Assembly (NCBI GenBank): GCA_002938205.1
Contig: PTKZ01000001.1
Coordinates: 9,354 to 73,353, forward strand
DNA from: Alphaproteobacteria bacterium MarineAlpha5_Bin5
Lineage (GTDB): Bacteria; Pseudomonadota; Alphaproteobacteria; HIMB59; GCA-002718135
DNA length: 64,000 nucleotides
Reading direction: 5' to 3'
This document shows, one piece after another, positions 28,233 to 39,158 of this stretch. A model generated the notes under the pieces. The model had not been told where the DNA came from and did not search any database. It saw only the letters and a program-made list of their open reading frames with translations. The first letter of the stretch is position 1, and every line of letters begins with the position of its first letter. Position numbers and translations under genes: made by a program.

Positions 28233-29332
28233 TCTCTGGACTCAAAATCTATACGAGGATCAATAACAGAATACATAAAATCACCAATAATACCCATAAC
28301 AAGTCCTAATAAAGAAAAAAAATATAGTGTTGCAAAAATTACAGGATAATCCCTTGTTAAAGCAGCTTCATAACCAAGCAGACCTAAACCATCCAAAGAA
28401 AATATAACTTCAATAAACAACGAACTTGAAAATAATATTCCTATAAAAGCTGAAGGGAATCCAGCAATTACAATTAACATGGCGTTACGAAATATATGCC
28501 CATATAAGACTTTTTTTTCTGTTAATCCTTTAGCTCTAGCTGTCATTACATATTGTTGATTAATTTGATCTAAAAAAGAATTTTTTGTTAAAAAGGTTAA
28601 TCCAGCAAATCCACTTACAATCATTGCTATGAGTGGAAGTGTTAAATGCCAAAAATAATCTTTAACTTGTGCTATAAAACTTAATTCAGAAAAGTTTTCT
28701 GAAAATAAACCACGTAATGGGAAAATATCATAAAAGCGCCCTCCTGCAAAAAATACTATCAATATTACAGCAAATAAAAAATTTGGAATAGCATAACCTA
28801 TAGTTACAATTGTACTAGAAACAATATCGAATTGTGAACCATCCTTTACAGCTTTTCTTATTCCAAGTGGTATTGATATTAAATATACTAATAATGTAGT
28901 CCAGAGACCCAGAGATATTGAAACTGGCATTTTATCTAAAACTAATGAAGTTACTTTTTGATCTCTAAAGAAACTTTCTCCAAAATTGAAAGTTAGATAA
29001 TCTTTCAACATTTTGATAAAACGTTCACTAGCTGGCTTATCCATTCCATACATAATTTCAATCTCTTTAATTATGTCTGGATCAAGTCCTTGAGCTCCAC
29101 GATATTTTGATTCATTATTTGAAAAACTATCAGTTTCGAAACTAGCAGATAATTCTCCTTCATCGCCTCCAGAAAATCTTGCAGTAGACTCAACAGCAGT
29201 ACCAGTCATTTCTGCAATCATTTGTTCAACAGGTCCTCCTGGCACTATTTGTATAATAGCAAAATTTATAAGCATAATTCCAAAAAGTGTAGGAATGATT
29301 AAAAGCATTCGTCTTAAAAGATAGGTCCCCAT
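28229..29332 (-). CDS. yejB: Peptide ABC permease YejB
   Basis: PGGPVEQ, YRGAQGLD, TKNSFLD, TARAKGL, IDPRIDF. Confidence 0.9.
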   Translation of the reverse strand: MGTYLLRRMLLIIPTLFGIMLINFAIIQIVPGGPVEQMIAEMTGTAVESTARFSGGDEGELSASFETDSFSNNESKYRGAQGLDPDIIKEIEIMYGMDKPASERFIKMLKDYLTFNFGESFFRDQKVTSLVLDKMPVSISLGLWTTLLVYLISIPLGIRKAVKDGSQFDIVSSTIVTIGYAIPNFLFAVILIVFFAGGRFYDIFPLRGLFSENFSELSFIAQVKDYFWHLTLPLIAMIVSGFAGLTFLTKNSFLDQINQQYVMTARAKGLTEKKVLYGHIFRNAMLIVIAGFPSAFIGILFSSSLFIEVIFSLDGLGLLGYEAALTRDYPVIFATLYFFSLLGLVMGIIGDFMYSVIDPRIDFESRE

Positions 29333-29372
29333 TAATTTATATTATAGTATTTATTATAAAAGTTCTAACGGA

Positions 29373-31205
29373 TTAGTTAGTAGTTCTTTGGGATTGTATA
29401 AAATTATATTTTTTTTGATTTATCCACCAAGTATCAAATCCAAGAGAATATTTTGGTCTAACTGATGGTTGATCAAAAAAATCCCAGTACAGAGTTCTAT
29501 AAGCCGAAATATGCCATTGAGGTATTACATAATAATTCCATAATAAGACTCTGTCTAAAGCTTTAGTAGCCGTAATAAGCTCTTCTCTATCTTTAGCATT
29601 AATAATTTTTTCAATTAAACCATCAATAGCATAATTTTTTATTCCAATAATATTTCTCGATCCTTTTGTATCAGCTGCATCTGACCCCCAAAAATTTCTT
29701 TGTTCATTTCCTGGCGAAAGAGATTGTGAAAAGGTAGATACAACCATATCAAAATCAAAGTTTTCTATTCTTTCTTGATATTGTGAGCTATCAATAGTTC
29801 TAACAGTTACCATGATACCAAGCTTTTCTAGATTATCTTTGAATGGAAGAACAATTCTTTCAAAAGCTGGAGATACTAAAAGTATTTCAAATTCAAATTT
29901 TTGTTTTGAGGATTTATTTTGAAGCTTTCCTTCATTTAAAACCCAACCTGAATCTTTTAATAATTTGGTAGCTTCTTGTAATTGTGTTCTAATAAATCCT
30001 GAACCATCCGTAATTGGATTATTAAATTCAGAAGTAAAAACTTCTTTTGGCAAAATATCAATATAAGGATTTAGATATTTCAATTCTTTTTCAGTTGGTA
30101 AGCCAGTGGAAGCTAATTCAGAATTTTCAAAAAAACTATCTGTTCTTTTATATGCTCCATAGAACAAGTTTTTATTAGTCCATTCAAAATCAAAAGCATA
30201 AGATAGGGCTTTTCTTACACGTTTGTCTTTAAACAATTCTTTTCTAGTATTAAAAGCAAAAGCTTGCATACCTTGAGGATTTTCATGACTTATTAATTTC
30301 TTTTTTATTAAACCATTTTTAACAGCATTAATTTCATATGATGTAGCCCATTCTTTAGAAGAATTTTCAGAGAAAAAATCTATTTCTCCTGACTTAAATG
30401 CTTCTCTCTCAATACCTCTGTCTTTATAGTAATCGTATCTGATAGTATTAAAATTATTTTTACCTACTTTTATCGGAACATTATTATTTTTGAAGCCCCA
30501 ATAGTTACTATCCAGTTCATAAGTAATTGAGCGACCAGTATCAAAATTTTTAATTTTGTATGGACCGCTTCCAACAGGTATTTCAAGAGTTGTTTCTTCA
30601 AAATTTTTATCCTTCCAATAATGTTTTGGCAATACAGGTAATTGTCCTACAATTAGTGGTAATTCTCTATTTGTGTTTGTAATAAAATTAAATCTTACTT
30701 TTAGATCATTTTCTTTTATAACTTCTTTTACATCTCCATAATAATATCCGTAAAATGGATGTCCTTTTTCCATTAAAGTATTAAAAGTCCACACTACATC
30801 ATCGGCTGTTATTTTTTTACCATCGCTCCAATAAGCTTCTTTTCTTATTGTAAAAGATACCCAGGATCTATCATCTGGCCATTCTATTATCTCAGCTATT
30901 AAACCATATTCAGTGAATGCTTCATCACTAGAGCTAGTAGTTAAAGATTCATAGATTCCACCTATTCCAGCAGCAGCTGTACCCTTTAATGTAAAGGGAT
31001 TAAAAGAATCAAAACTTCCGATTGCGCTTCTTACAATGTTACCACCTTTTAAAGCACTTTTGCTAATATATTCTACATTTAGAAAATCTTGATTATATTT
31101 TGGTTCTCCATGCATAGCAATTGCATGCGAGCGATTAGTTTCGGCTTTAACTGATAGTGATAACAATAAAAAGAAAATAATAAAACCAAGCTTCATAAAA
31201 TTCAT
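29373..31205 (-). CDS. yejA: Peptide ABC substrate-binding protein YejA
   Basis: HAIAMHGEPKY, FDSFNPF, FDFEWTNK, SPGNEQ; family 5 SBP. Confidence 0.88.
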   Translation of the reverse strand: MNFMKLGFIIFFLLLSLSVKAETNRSHAIAMHGEPKYNQDFLNVEYISKSALKGGNIVRSAIGSFDSFNPFTLKGTAAAGIGGIYESLTTSSSDEAFTEYGLIAEIIEWPDDRSWVSFTIRKEAYWSDGKKITADDVVWTFNTLMEKGHPFYGYYYGDVKEVIKENDLKVRFNFITNTNRELPLIVGQLPVLPKHYWKDKNFEETTLEIPVGSGPYKIKNFDTGRSITYELDSNYWGFKNNNVPIKVGKNNFNTIRYDYYKDRGIEREAFKSGEIDFFSENSSKEWATSYEINAVKNGLIKKKLISHENPQGMQAFAFNTRKELFKDKRVRKALSYAFDFEWTNKNLFYGAYKRTDSFFENSELASTGLPTEKELKYLNPYIDILPKEVFTSEFNNPITDGSGFIRTQLQEATKLLKDSGWVLNEGKLQNKSSKQKFEFEILLVSPAFERIVLPFKDNLEKLGIMVTVRTIDSSQYQERIENFDFDMVVSTFSQSLSPGNEQRNFWGSDAADTKGSRNIIGIKNYAIDGLIEKIINAKDREELITATKALDRVLLWNYYVIPQWHISAYRTLYWDFFDQPSVRPKYSLGFDTWWINQKKYNFIQSQRTTN

Positions 31206-31236
31206 TTTTTAAATATAATTCAAAAATTTAAAAATG

Positions 31237-32013
31237 CTAATTATTAATGATATTAATTATTTGATTATGTAAAGATTTATTTGCAGAAGCTACAATACTT
31301 CCTTCGGAGTTAATGGTTACAGGATTTCCATATTTATCTGTAACTACTCCACCGGCTCCTTCAATTACGGGAATTAAAGCCATATAATCATGAGTTTTTA
31401 GAGTATCTTCTAATACAATTTCAATTAATCCTGAAGCAACCATACCATACATATAGCAGTCCCCACCTAATCTATAGTATTTAGTTTTATTTATTATTTT
31501 ATCACAACTTTTTTTAAAGTGCTCATCTTCCAAATATAAACCTGAGGTACAAAAATGACTTTCATTGATTAAAGAGGTATTAGATGTTTTAACAACATTG
31601 TTATTCATTGTAGTTTCTTTATTAATTATTCCCACCCACCTTTCTTGGTGAGCAGGACAATTAATTATGCCTAAAATAGGATTATTATTTTGTGTAAGAG
31701 CAATCAAGTTTCCAAAATCTTTATGTCCCGCAATGAAACTTCTTGTTCCATCTATAGGGTCTATTACCCAAACAAATTCTGAATCTGGTTTTATGGCTTC
31801 AAATTCTTCACCCAATATTCCATGGTTAGGATATTTATTATTAATCATTTCACGAATTTTTATTTCAGTATTTTGATCAGCTATAGTAACGGGACTCATA
31901 TCATTTTTTTGATCAATAGATAATTTTGTTCTAAAATACTGCATTGAGATTTTTGATGCTTCGTCAGCTAACTTATTTGCAAATTCTACATACTCTTGGT
32001 ATGAATTATTCAT
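31237..32013 (-). CDS. hisN: Histidinol-phosphate phosphatase (inositol monophosphatase family)
   Basis: SPVTIAD, GEE, WVIDPIDGT, GGDCY. Confidence 0.75.
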   Translation of the reverse strand: MNNSYQEYVEFANKLADEASKISMQYFRTKLSIDQKNDMSPVTIADQNTEIKIREMINNKYPNHGILGEEFEAIKPDSEFVWVIDPIDGTRSFIAGHKDFGNLIALTQNNNPILGIINCPAHQERWVGIINKETTMNNNVVKTSNTSLINESHFCTSGLYLEDEHFKKSCDKIINKTKYYRLGGDCYMYGMVASGLIEIVLEDTLKTHDYMALIPVIEGAGGVVTDKYGNPVTINSEGSIVASANKSLHNQIINIINN

Positions 32014-32021
32014 TAAGTTAC

Positions 32022-32567
32022 TTATGGAAGTTCTGCAGGATTATCTGATTGTTCGCGCAAAAAAAGAACTAAATCCGCTCTATCTTGTACTTTTTTTAGA
32101 CCAGCAAAATTCATTTTAGTTCCTTCCATAAAATCTTTAGGCTTATACAAAAATGCAGCAAGTTCTTCATAATTCCACACTCCTCCAAATTCTGCAAGTG
32201 CTTTTGAATAGTTATATCCAGCTATATCTGCTTTTGGTCTATTAATTATATTCCATAAACTTGGACCAACTTTATCCATTCCATTTTTTTCATAATTATG
32301 ACAAGAGCCACATTTTTTATAAATTTTTTGACCTTTTGCAGAAGAAGCACTTAATAAAAGTGATGATATAGGTTCAATGTTTATGTCATTATTAAGTGTT
32401 GCACCTAAGATTTCTTGATTTTCTTCAATTTCAATTTTGTAGGCAGTTTCTGTTAAATTATCATTATCAACATCAATTAAAATATCTCCAAGATGGCTAA
32501 TTATAACAACTACTAGTATTGCTATTATAATTGATGCCAAAATTTTATTAACTTCAAGAGCAGACAT
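32022..32567 (-). CDS. Membrane-anchored cytochrome c (CycM/cytochrome cy type)
   Basis: N-terminal TM, CGSCH heme motif, GPSL, GTKMNFAG. Confidence 0.92.
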   Translation of the reverse strand: MSALEVNKILASIIIAILVVVIISHLGDILIDVDNDNLTETAYKIEIEENQEILGATLNNDINIEPISSLLLSASSAKGQKIYKKCGSCHNYEKNGMDKVGPSLWNIINRPKADIAGYNYSKALAEFGGVWNYEELAAFLYKPKDFMEGTKMNFAGLKKVQDRADLVLFLREQSDNPAELP

Positions 32568-32657
32568 GTGTAGAACACATATATAGATTTTTTAGAAAAT
32601 GAATAGAATTGAAAACAATCAAAAAATATATTTTATAGCCTAATTGTCGCATAAATT

Positions 32658-33395
32658 ATGAAAACAATAGTTATTATACCAGCAAGAATGGCTTCAGAGC
32701 GTTTCCCCAATAAGCCATTAGCTAAAATAAACGGAATACCAATGATTGAAAGGGTTTGGAGACAGGCTATTAAATCTAATGTAGGCAAGGTATATGTTGC
32801 ATGCAGTGAAAAAGAGGTATTCGAATTAATAGGAAATATTGGTGGAATGGCAATAATGACTGATCCCAATCTACCTTCAGGAACTGATCGGATCCATTCT
32901 GCTATTAGTAAAATTCAGGAAATTGATAAAATAGAGAGTATCATAAATTTACAAGGTGATATGCCATTGATTAGCCCAAAGGATATTTTAAAAGTTAATG
33001 AACCAATACAAAATGGATATTCTATGGGGACTTTAGCTACAAATTTATCCGATAAAGAAGAAAAAAATCATAATATTACAAAAGTTAAAATTAAATGGAG
33101 AGAAGAAAAACACAAAGGAGATGCAATTGATTTTTATAAAAAGCCAAAAGGTATATTAAAAAATATTTATCATCATGTTGGAATTTATAGCTTTAAACCA
33201 TCAACTCTAAATAAGTTTGTAAATCTACCTCCATCAACTAATGAAAAAAATCTGAAATTGGAACAGTGGAGAGCTCTTGATGGAGGTATTAAAATTGGCA
33301 TAACTTTTGTTGAAAATGTACCTGTAAGCATAGATACAAAAGAAGATTTAATTAAAATTGAAAATATTATAAAGAATACTAATGATAAAAATTAA
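32658..33395 (+). CDS. kdsB: 3-deoxy-manno-octulosonate cytidylyltransferase
   Basis: IPARMASERFPNKPL, SGTDR, NLQGD, LEQWR. Confidence 0.93.
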   Translation: MKTIVIIPARMASERFPNKPLAKINGIPMIERVWRQAIKSNVGKVYVACSEKEVFELIGNIGGMAIMTDPNLPSGTDRIHSAISKIQEIDKIESIINLQGDMPLISPKDILKVNEPIQNGYSMGTLATNLSDKEEKNHNITKVKIKWREEKHKGDAIDFYKKPKGILKNIYHHVGIYSFKPSTLNKFVNLPPSTNEKNLKLEQWRALDGGIKIGITFVENVPVSIDTKEDLIKIENIIKNTNDKN

Positions 33396-34224
33396 TAAAT
33401 TTGCATTTCAAGGAATTAATGGCGCATATAGTGAACTTGCAGGGAAAAATATTTATTCTGAAGCAAAGAGCTTAGCCTGTTCTACTTTTGAAGAAATGTT
33501 TCAGAAAGTAAGAGATGGAAATGCTGATGTTGCAATGGTTCCAATTGAAAACTCACAGGCTGGAAGAGTAGCTGATACCCAAAGACTGATTCCTGAATCT
33601 GAATTAAAAATTATTGGAGAATATTTTTTAGAAGTAAAGCATAATCTACTTGTCATTCCTGGGACTAAATTAATAGATATTAAAAGAATTCATAGTCATG
33701 AACAGGGTATAGCTCAATGTAGAAATAAAATTATTAATTTAAATAAAGAAATGATAGTTGCTACAGATACAGCAGGTGCAGCAAAAAAAATTGAAGAACT
33801 AAACAGCAAAGAAGATGCGGCAATAGCTTCAGAATTATCATCTAAAATATATAATTTAGAAATTTTAGAAGAAAATTTCCAAGATTCAAAAAATAATGTA
33901 ACACGATTTCTTATAATGGCTGAGAAAATGCAAAATTTTAATTCAGATGAAACAAATTTAATAACTACACTTGTTTTTGTTGTAAGAAGTATCCCTGCTT
34001 CTCTTTATAAATGTTTAGGAGGATTTGCTAGCAATGGGGTTAATATTACTAAATTGGAAAGTTATGTTCATCCTCAGGGATTTGATGTAGCTCAATTTTA
34101 TATCGATTTTGAAGGTCATCCTGAAAATGAATCTGTTAAACTAGCTCTAGAGGAAATGAAATTTTTTTGCAAACAAATGAATATTTTAGGGGTTTATAAG
34201 AAATCTTTTTTTCGTAAAAAATAA
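33382..34224 (+). CDS. pheA: Prephenate dehydratase
   Basis: AFQG..GAYS, PIENS, NVTRF, C-terminal ACT domain (TKLES). Confidence 0.92.
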   Translation: MIKINKFAFQGINGAYSELAGKNIYSEAKSLACSTFEEMFQKVRDGNADVAMVPIENSQAGRVADTQRLIPESELKIIGEYFLEVKHNLLVIPGTKLIDIKRIHSHEQGIAQCRNKIINLNKEMIVATDTAGAAKKIEELNSKEDAAIASELSSKIYNLEILEENFQDSKNNVTRFLIMAEKMQNFNSDETNLITTLVFVVRSIPASLYKCLGGFASNGVNITKLESYVHPQGFDVAQFYIDFEGHPENESVKLALEEMKFFCKQMNILGVYKKSFFRKK

Positions 34225-34275
34225 GATTTTTTGCACTCAAGGTATGTTTTTTTTTCATTAATGTTATATTGTATT

Positions 34276-34365
34276 GGGAAGGTTTAAGGGCAAATAAATT
34301 GTTAATCCAGTCAGGTCTGAAAAGAAGCAGCTGTACCAATCTTATTTGGGTCTTATAACCTTCCT
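34276..34365 (+). ncRNA. ffs: Signal recognition particle RNA (4.5S)
   Basis: Helix-8 core CAGG-TCT-GAAA-AGA-AGCAGC; closing stem GGAAGGTT...AACCTTCC; usual position just upstream of dnaX. Confidence 0.9.
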
Positions 34366-34373
34366 TTTAAAAG

Positions 34374-36062
34374 ATGTTAGATAATCAAGAATATAAAGTT
34401 TTAGCAAGAAAATATAGGCCGCAAACTTTTGCTGAATTAATCGGTCAAAATACTCTTGTTCAAATTTTAACTAATTCAATTAGTAGCAATAGAATTGCAC
34501 ATGCATATTTATTAACAGGTGTAAGAGGTGTTGGAAAAACAACTACAGCTAGATTAATTGCAATGAGTTTAAATTGCCAAAATAAAAAAACAGAAACTCC
34601 AGAACCTTGTAGCAAATGTGAATCTTGTACTTCAATCAAATCTGATCACAACTTAGATGTAATCGAAATGGATGCAGCAAGCAAAACAGGTGTTGATGAT
34701 GTTAGAGAAATTATAGATAATGTTAAATATAAACCTGTAAATAATACTTATAAAATTTTTATTATTGATGAAGTACATATGCTTTCTAAAAATGCATTTA
34801 ATGCCTTGTTAAAAACTCTTGAAGAACCTCCTGATCATGTAAAATTTATTTTTGCTACTACAGAAGTTAAGAAAATTCCAATTACAATATTGTCCAGGTG
34901 TCAGAGATTCGATTTACATCGTATCAATAATGTAGAATTAACGGATTATTTAGAAAAAGTTTGCAAATTAGAAAAAGTAAAAATTAATTCAGATGCATTA
35001 GCTCTTATTGTAAGAGCTGCTGATGGATCAGTTAGAGATTCACTTAGTTTACTTGATCAAGCCATAGCTAATCATCAAGAAGTTATAACTTCAAAAACAG
35101 TTATAGAAATGTTGGGTATAGCTGATAAAGGAAAAATTTTTGAACTTTTAGAGTATATTTTTGAAGGTAACGCCATTGAATCTTTAAAGATTTATAACAA
35201 TCTTCACAAATCAGGTGCTGATATAATAATGATTTTTGATGAGCTACTTAATGCAGTTCATTTTATTACACAGATAAAGTTAGCACCAAGTTTGGAGAAT
35301 GATATTTCAATACCAGAGCTAGAAAGAACAAAGGGGCGTGCTATAGCATCAAAATTATCAATGCGTTCACTTGGTATTGTTTGGCAGGTCTTATTTAAAG
35401 GTTATAAAGAATTGCAAGCTGGTTTTCATTTGTATCAACATGGTGAAATGATAATATTACGTCTAATTTTCTTGTATGATGGCCCTAGTCCTGAAGATTT
35501 ATTAAAAAAAATAGAAAATACCGATGAAAGTACGCCAATTAAAAATAAAGTAGATATTTCAGAAAATTTATCAAAAAAAGTTAACGAAAATAAAACTGTA
35601 AATTTTGACATTGATAAAAACAACAATAAGAAAAACGATGAATATATGCAAATTGCATCCTATAGAAAATTTGTTGATCTCTTTTATCAAAAAAAAGAAG
35701 GAATGCTGCATAGTTATTTATATAACAATGCAAAATTAATAAGTTTCAAAGAGGGTAAATTAATTTTAAATACAACTTTGATTAAAGATCCTCATTTTAA
35801 TCGTACTATAGCAAAGTTGGTTTCAAAATGGACAGGACGTATATGGCAGATTGAGTCATCTACAAGTAACATTGGCAAATCATTAAATGAAGAAGATATT
35901 ATTAATCAACAAAAAGAAATTGAGAAAATGAAAGGTCACCCTGATATAAAAAAAATATTTGCAGCCTTTCCTGGAATTAAAATTCATTCTATTACCGAAA
36001 TTGGAGAAACTTCAGATGATATAATAGAAGAAACTATAAATAATAAAGAAAAGGAGAATTAA
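34374..36062 (+). CDS. dnaX: DNA polymerase III subunit gamma/tau
   Basis: LARKYRP, GVRGVGKTT, IDEVHMLS, SRCQRF. Confidence 0.96.
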   Translation: MLDNQEYKVLARKYRPQTFAELIGQNTLVQILTNSISSNRIAHAYLLTGVRGVGKTTTARLIAMSLNCQNKKTETPEPCSKCESCTSIKSDHNLDVIEMDAASKTGVDDVREIIDNVKYKPVNNTYKIFIIDEVHMLSKNAFNALLKTLEEPPDHVKFIFATTEVKKIPITILSRCQRFDLHRINNVELTDYLEKVCKLEKVKINSDALALIVRAADGSVRDSLSLLDQAIANHQEVITSKTVIEMLGIADKGKIFELLEYIFEGNAIESLKIYNNLHKSGADIIMIFDELLNAVHFITQIKLAPSLENDISIPELERTKGRAIASKLSMRSLGIVWQVLFKGYKELQAGFHLYQHGEMIILRLIFLYDGPSPEDLLKKIENTDESTPIKNKVDISENLSKKVNENKTVNFDIDKNNNKKNDEYMQIASYRKFVDLFYQKKEGMLHSYLYNNAKLISFKEGKLILNTTLIKDPHFNRTIAKLVSKWTGRIWQIESSTSNIGKSLNEEDIINQQKEIEKMKGHPDIKKIFAAFPGIKIHSITEIGETSDDIIEETINNKEKEN

Positions 36063-36385
36063 TGGTAAATCTAGGAAACATGATGAAGCAGGCACAGCAA
36101 CTACAAAAAAAAATTGCTGATGCTCAAGAGAAACTTAATTCAATTGAGGTTGAAGGAGTTTCAGGAGGAGGTGTTGTTAAAGTTATAGCAACGGCAAAAG
36201 GTGAAGTGAAGAGAATAGTCATAGATGAAAGTTTATTAAAACCTGAAGATAAAGAAATCGCAGAAGACTTAATTGTCGCAGCAGTAAATGATGCAAGGCA
36301 AAAAGGAGAAAGTGCTGCTCAGACAGAAATGAAATCAGTAACTGGAGGCATGCCACTACCTCCTGGTATGAAGTTACCATTTTAA
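36062..36385 (+). CDS. ybaB: Nucleoid-associated protein YbaB/EbfC
   Basis: MMKQAQQLQ, SGGG, EDLIVAAVNDA; between dnaX and recR. Confidence 0.93.
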   Translation: MVNLGNMMKQAQQLQKKIADAQEKLNSIEVEGVSGGGVVKVIATAKGEVKRIVIDESLLKPEDKEIAEDLIVAAVNDARQKGESAAQTEMKSVTGGMPLPPGMKLPF

Positions 36386-36388
36386 TAT

Positions 36389-36988
36389 ATGGAAGGATCA
36401 GCTATTGAAAAATTAATTTCTGATATTTCAAAGCTTCCTGGTTTAGGTAGACGATCTGCTCAGAGAATAGCTTTATATCTTTTAAAAAATAAAAATAGAT
36501 CTTTATTACCTTTAATTCAGACACTTCAAGAATCACATAACAAAATTAGTGAATGTTTGTCATGTGGTAATGTAGATATGATTAATCCATGTAATATTTG
36601 TTCTAATCAAAAAAGAGATCAAAGTTCAATATGTATAGTTGAAGATATTTCAGATTTATGGACTTTTGAGAGAGTAGGTTTTTATCGAGGATTATATCAT
36701 GTATTAGGAGGATCTCTTTCAGCGATTAATGGAATTGGAACAGAAGATTTAACAATAAAAAAACTATTTAGCAGAATAGACATTGGAAAGGTTAAAGAAG
36801 TTATTTTAGCCTTAAGCACTACTATGGAAGGACAAACAACAAGTCATGTTATTATAGATAAGCTTGAAGTATACAAAAATCTAACAGTTACTCGTTTAGC
36901 TCAAGGAATTCCGATAGGAGGAGAAGTTCACTATCTTGATGAAAATACTTTAAATGCTGCTTTTCATTCACGAAAAAAAATCATTTAA
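36389..36988 (+). CDS. recR: Recombination mediator RecR
   Basis: LPGLGRRSA HhH, C4 zinc finger, YHVLGG Toprim. Confidence 0.96.
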   Translation: MEGSAIEKLISDISKLPGLGRRSAQRIALYLLKNKNRSLLPLIQTLQESHNKISECLSCGNVDMINPCNICSNQKRDQSSICIVEDISDLWTFERVGFYRGLYHVLGGSLSAINGIGTEDLTIKKLFSRIDIGKVKEVILALSTTMEGQTTSHVIIDKLEVYKNLTVTRLAQGIPIGGEVHYLDENTLNAAFHSRKKII

Positions 36989-36998
36989 TTTTATTTAA

Positions 36999-37511
36999 AT
37001 GAAAATTTTGTATGTTCCTAATCCAATTTTAAGACAAAAAGCTTTAAGAATAAAATCTGTAAAAGATGAAGATTTAAAGGTAGCAAAGCAAATGATGGAT
37101 ACTATGATATATGCTGCTGGTGCGGGACTAGCAGCAAACCAAGTAGGCATTCTCAAACAAATAGTGACAGTAAATATTATAGATAAGGAGAAAAAATTAA
37201 TAAAAAAATATGCCTTATTTAATCCGAAAATATTATCTTATTCCAAAAATACAGTATTAATGGAAGAAGGTTGCTTGTCTTTGCCTGAACAATTTGCAGA
37301 AATTGAAAGACCTGAAGGAATAAAAATTGAATATATAAATGAAAAAAACAAATTAATAAGCAAAAACATTAGTGGATATGAAGCCAGAGTACTACAACAT
37401 GAGATTGATCATTTATCTGGAAAATTGTTTGTTGATTATTTGTCTTCTTTAAAAAGAAATTTTCTCATAAAAAAAGTAAAAAAGGTTATAAAAAATAGAG
37501 AAAATAAATGA
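36999..37511 (+). CDS. def: Peptide deformylase
   Basis: GAGLAANQ, EGCLS, QHEIDHL. Confidence 0.96.
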   Translation: MKILYVPNPILRQKALRIKSVKDEDLKVAKQMMDTMIYAAGAGLAANQVGILKQIVTVNIIDKEKKLIKKYALFNPKILSYSKNTVLMEEGCLSLPEQFAEIERPEGIKIEYINEKNKLISKNISGYEARVLQHEIDHLSGKLFVDYLSSLKRNFLIKKVKKVIKNRENK

Positions 37512-38431
37512 ATAATAAAAAAATAATTTTTATGGGAACTCCATTAATAGCTGCTCAACATTTAAAAATTCTTTTTGATAACAATTACCAGATTGAAGCA
37601 GTTTTTACACAACCACCTCGTAAAAAAAATAGAGGTATGAAAATTGAAAAATCAGCTGTGCACCAATTTGCTTTAAATAATAATATGAAAGTTTTTTTCC
37701 CAGATAAATTAGACGATTCATCTTTTTATCAATTAAAAAAAATGAAACCTGATCTTATAATAGTAGTGGCTTACGGACTGATTTTACCAAAAAGGTTTAT
37801 AGATTTACCTAAACTTGGATCAATAAATGTTCATGTGTCCCTTTTACCAAGATGGAGAGGAGCTGCTCCAATTGAATATGCATTATTAAATGGAGATATC
37901 GAGACGGGTATAAGCATAATAAAACTTGAAAGCAAACTTGATGCTGGGCCAATTCTTTTTCAAAAAAAAATTAAAATATCTAATGCAATTATTAAAGATG
38001 ACCTTTTTGATAAATTAATTAAAGTAGGGACTAAAAACTTAATAGAATTTTTGCCAAAATTTTTTGCAGGAAGTGTAAATTCAATAAAACAAGATGAAAG
38101 TTTAGCTACTTATGCAAATAAAATTAATACAGGTATAAGAAAACTAGATTTTAATGATTTAACTTTAAATGTTTTTAACAAGATACGTGCATACAGTAAG
38201 AATCCAGGTGCATGGTTTTTATTAAATGGACAGAGAATTAAAATAATTCGTGCAAAAATAAGCACAAAGAAGGGGAAACCATCTACTATTTTAAATAATC
38301 AGTTTGAAATTGGTTGTAAGGATGGAAGCATTATCCCTTTATTTTTACAAAGAGAAGGAAAAAAAGCTGTATCTCTTGAAGAATTTATAAAAGGTTTTAA
38401 TTTTTCAATAGGAGATGAAATAAATGCCTAA
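37508..38431 (+). CDS. fmt: Methionyl-tRNA formyltransferase
   Basis: FMGTP, NVHVSLLPRWRGAAP, LDAG. Confidence 0.96.
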   Translation: MNNKKIIFMGTPLIAAQHLKILFDNNYQIEAVFTQPPRKKNRGMKIEKSAVHQFALNNNMKVFFPDKLDDSSFYQLKKMKPDLIIVVAYGLILPKRFIDLPKLGSINVHVSLLPRWRGAAPIEYALLNGDIETGISIIKLESKLDAGPILFQKKIKISNAIIKDDLFDKLIKVGTKNLIEFLPKFFAGSVNSIKQDESLATYANKINTGIRKLDFNDLTLNVFNKIRAYSKNPGAWFLLNGQRIKIIRAKISTKKGKPSTILNNQFEIGCKDGSIIPLFLQREGKKAVSLEEFIKGFNFSIGDEINA

Positions 38432-39158
38432 TTATAAAGTAAAAATTGAATATGATGGTACGGATTATGTAGGTTGGCAGAGGCAAGATAATGGGAAATC
38501 AATTCAAGGATTAATTGAATTAGCAGTTAAAAAATTAACTTCAGAAGTAGCTAATGTTTTTGGAGCAGGTAGGACAGATGCTGGAGTACACGCAATTGGA
38601 CAAGTCGCAAATTTTATGCTTGAAAAAAATATTCCAACTGATGTTATTAGAGACGGACTTAATCAACATTTAAGACCACATCCAATTTCTATAATTTCTG
38701 CAGAAATTGTCGACATAGATTTTAATTCTAGATTTTCTGCAAAATTAAGATGGTATGAGTATAAAATAGTTAATCGCAGATCTCCACTTACTTTGGCAAA
38801 CAATAAAGCATGGTGTGTTTACAAAAAATTAAATTTTGAAAAAATGTTAATCGAATCATCCTCTTTTATAGGAAAACATCAATTAGATGCTTTCCGATCT
38901 TCTCATTGTCAATCTAAATCCACAGAAAAAACTATAACAAGTTTTGATATAGAAAAAAATTTAGAAATTATTACATTTACAGTTTCCGCAAAATCATTCT
39001 TGCATTCTCAAGTGAGAATTATGGTTGGGACCTTGGTAGATATTGGAAAAGGCTTGTTATCAAAATCAATTGATGAAATAATTAAATCTAAAAAACGTGC
39101 TTTAGCTGGTCAAACTGCACCTGCATGCGGATTATATTTAAAGAAAATTGAATATTAA
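38424..39158 (+). CDS. truA: tRNA pseudouridine(38-40) synthase
   Basis: YDGT...GWQ, GRTDAGVHA, FLHSQVRIMVG. Confidence 0.96.
   Translation: MPNYKVKIEYDGTDYVGWQRQDNGKSIQGLIELAVKKLTSEVANVFGAGRTDAGVHAIGQVANFMLEKNIPTDVIRDGLNQHLRPHPISIISAEIVDIDFNSRFSAKLRWYEYKIVNRRSPLTLANNKAWCVYKKLNFEKMLIESSSFIGKHQLDAFRSSHCQSKSTEKTITSFDIEKNLEIITFTVSAKSFLHSQVRIMVGTLVDIGKGLLSKSIDEIIKSKKRALAGQTAPACGLYLKKIEY

Noticed and set aside
25625-31205. yejABEF as a microcin or bacteriocin locus
   Set aside because: It is a widespread peptide importer; there is no precursor or modification gene.
34136-34339. 67-aa minus-strand ORF
   Set aside because: It overlaps pheA and the SRP RNA, which explain the sequence.
35570-35585. 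A-run in dnaX as a programmed -1 frameshift site for the gamma subunit
   Set aside because: It is not the in-frame A-AAA-AAG motif, no stimulatory hairpin is evident, and A-runs are ubiquitous here.
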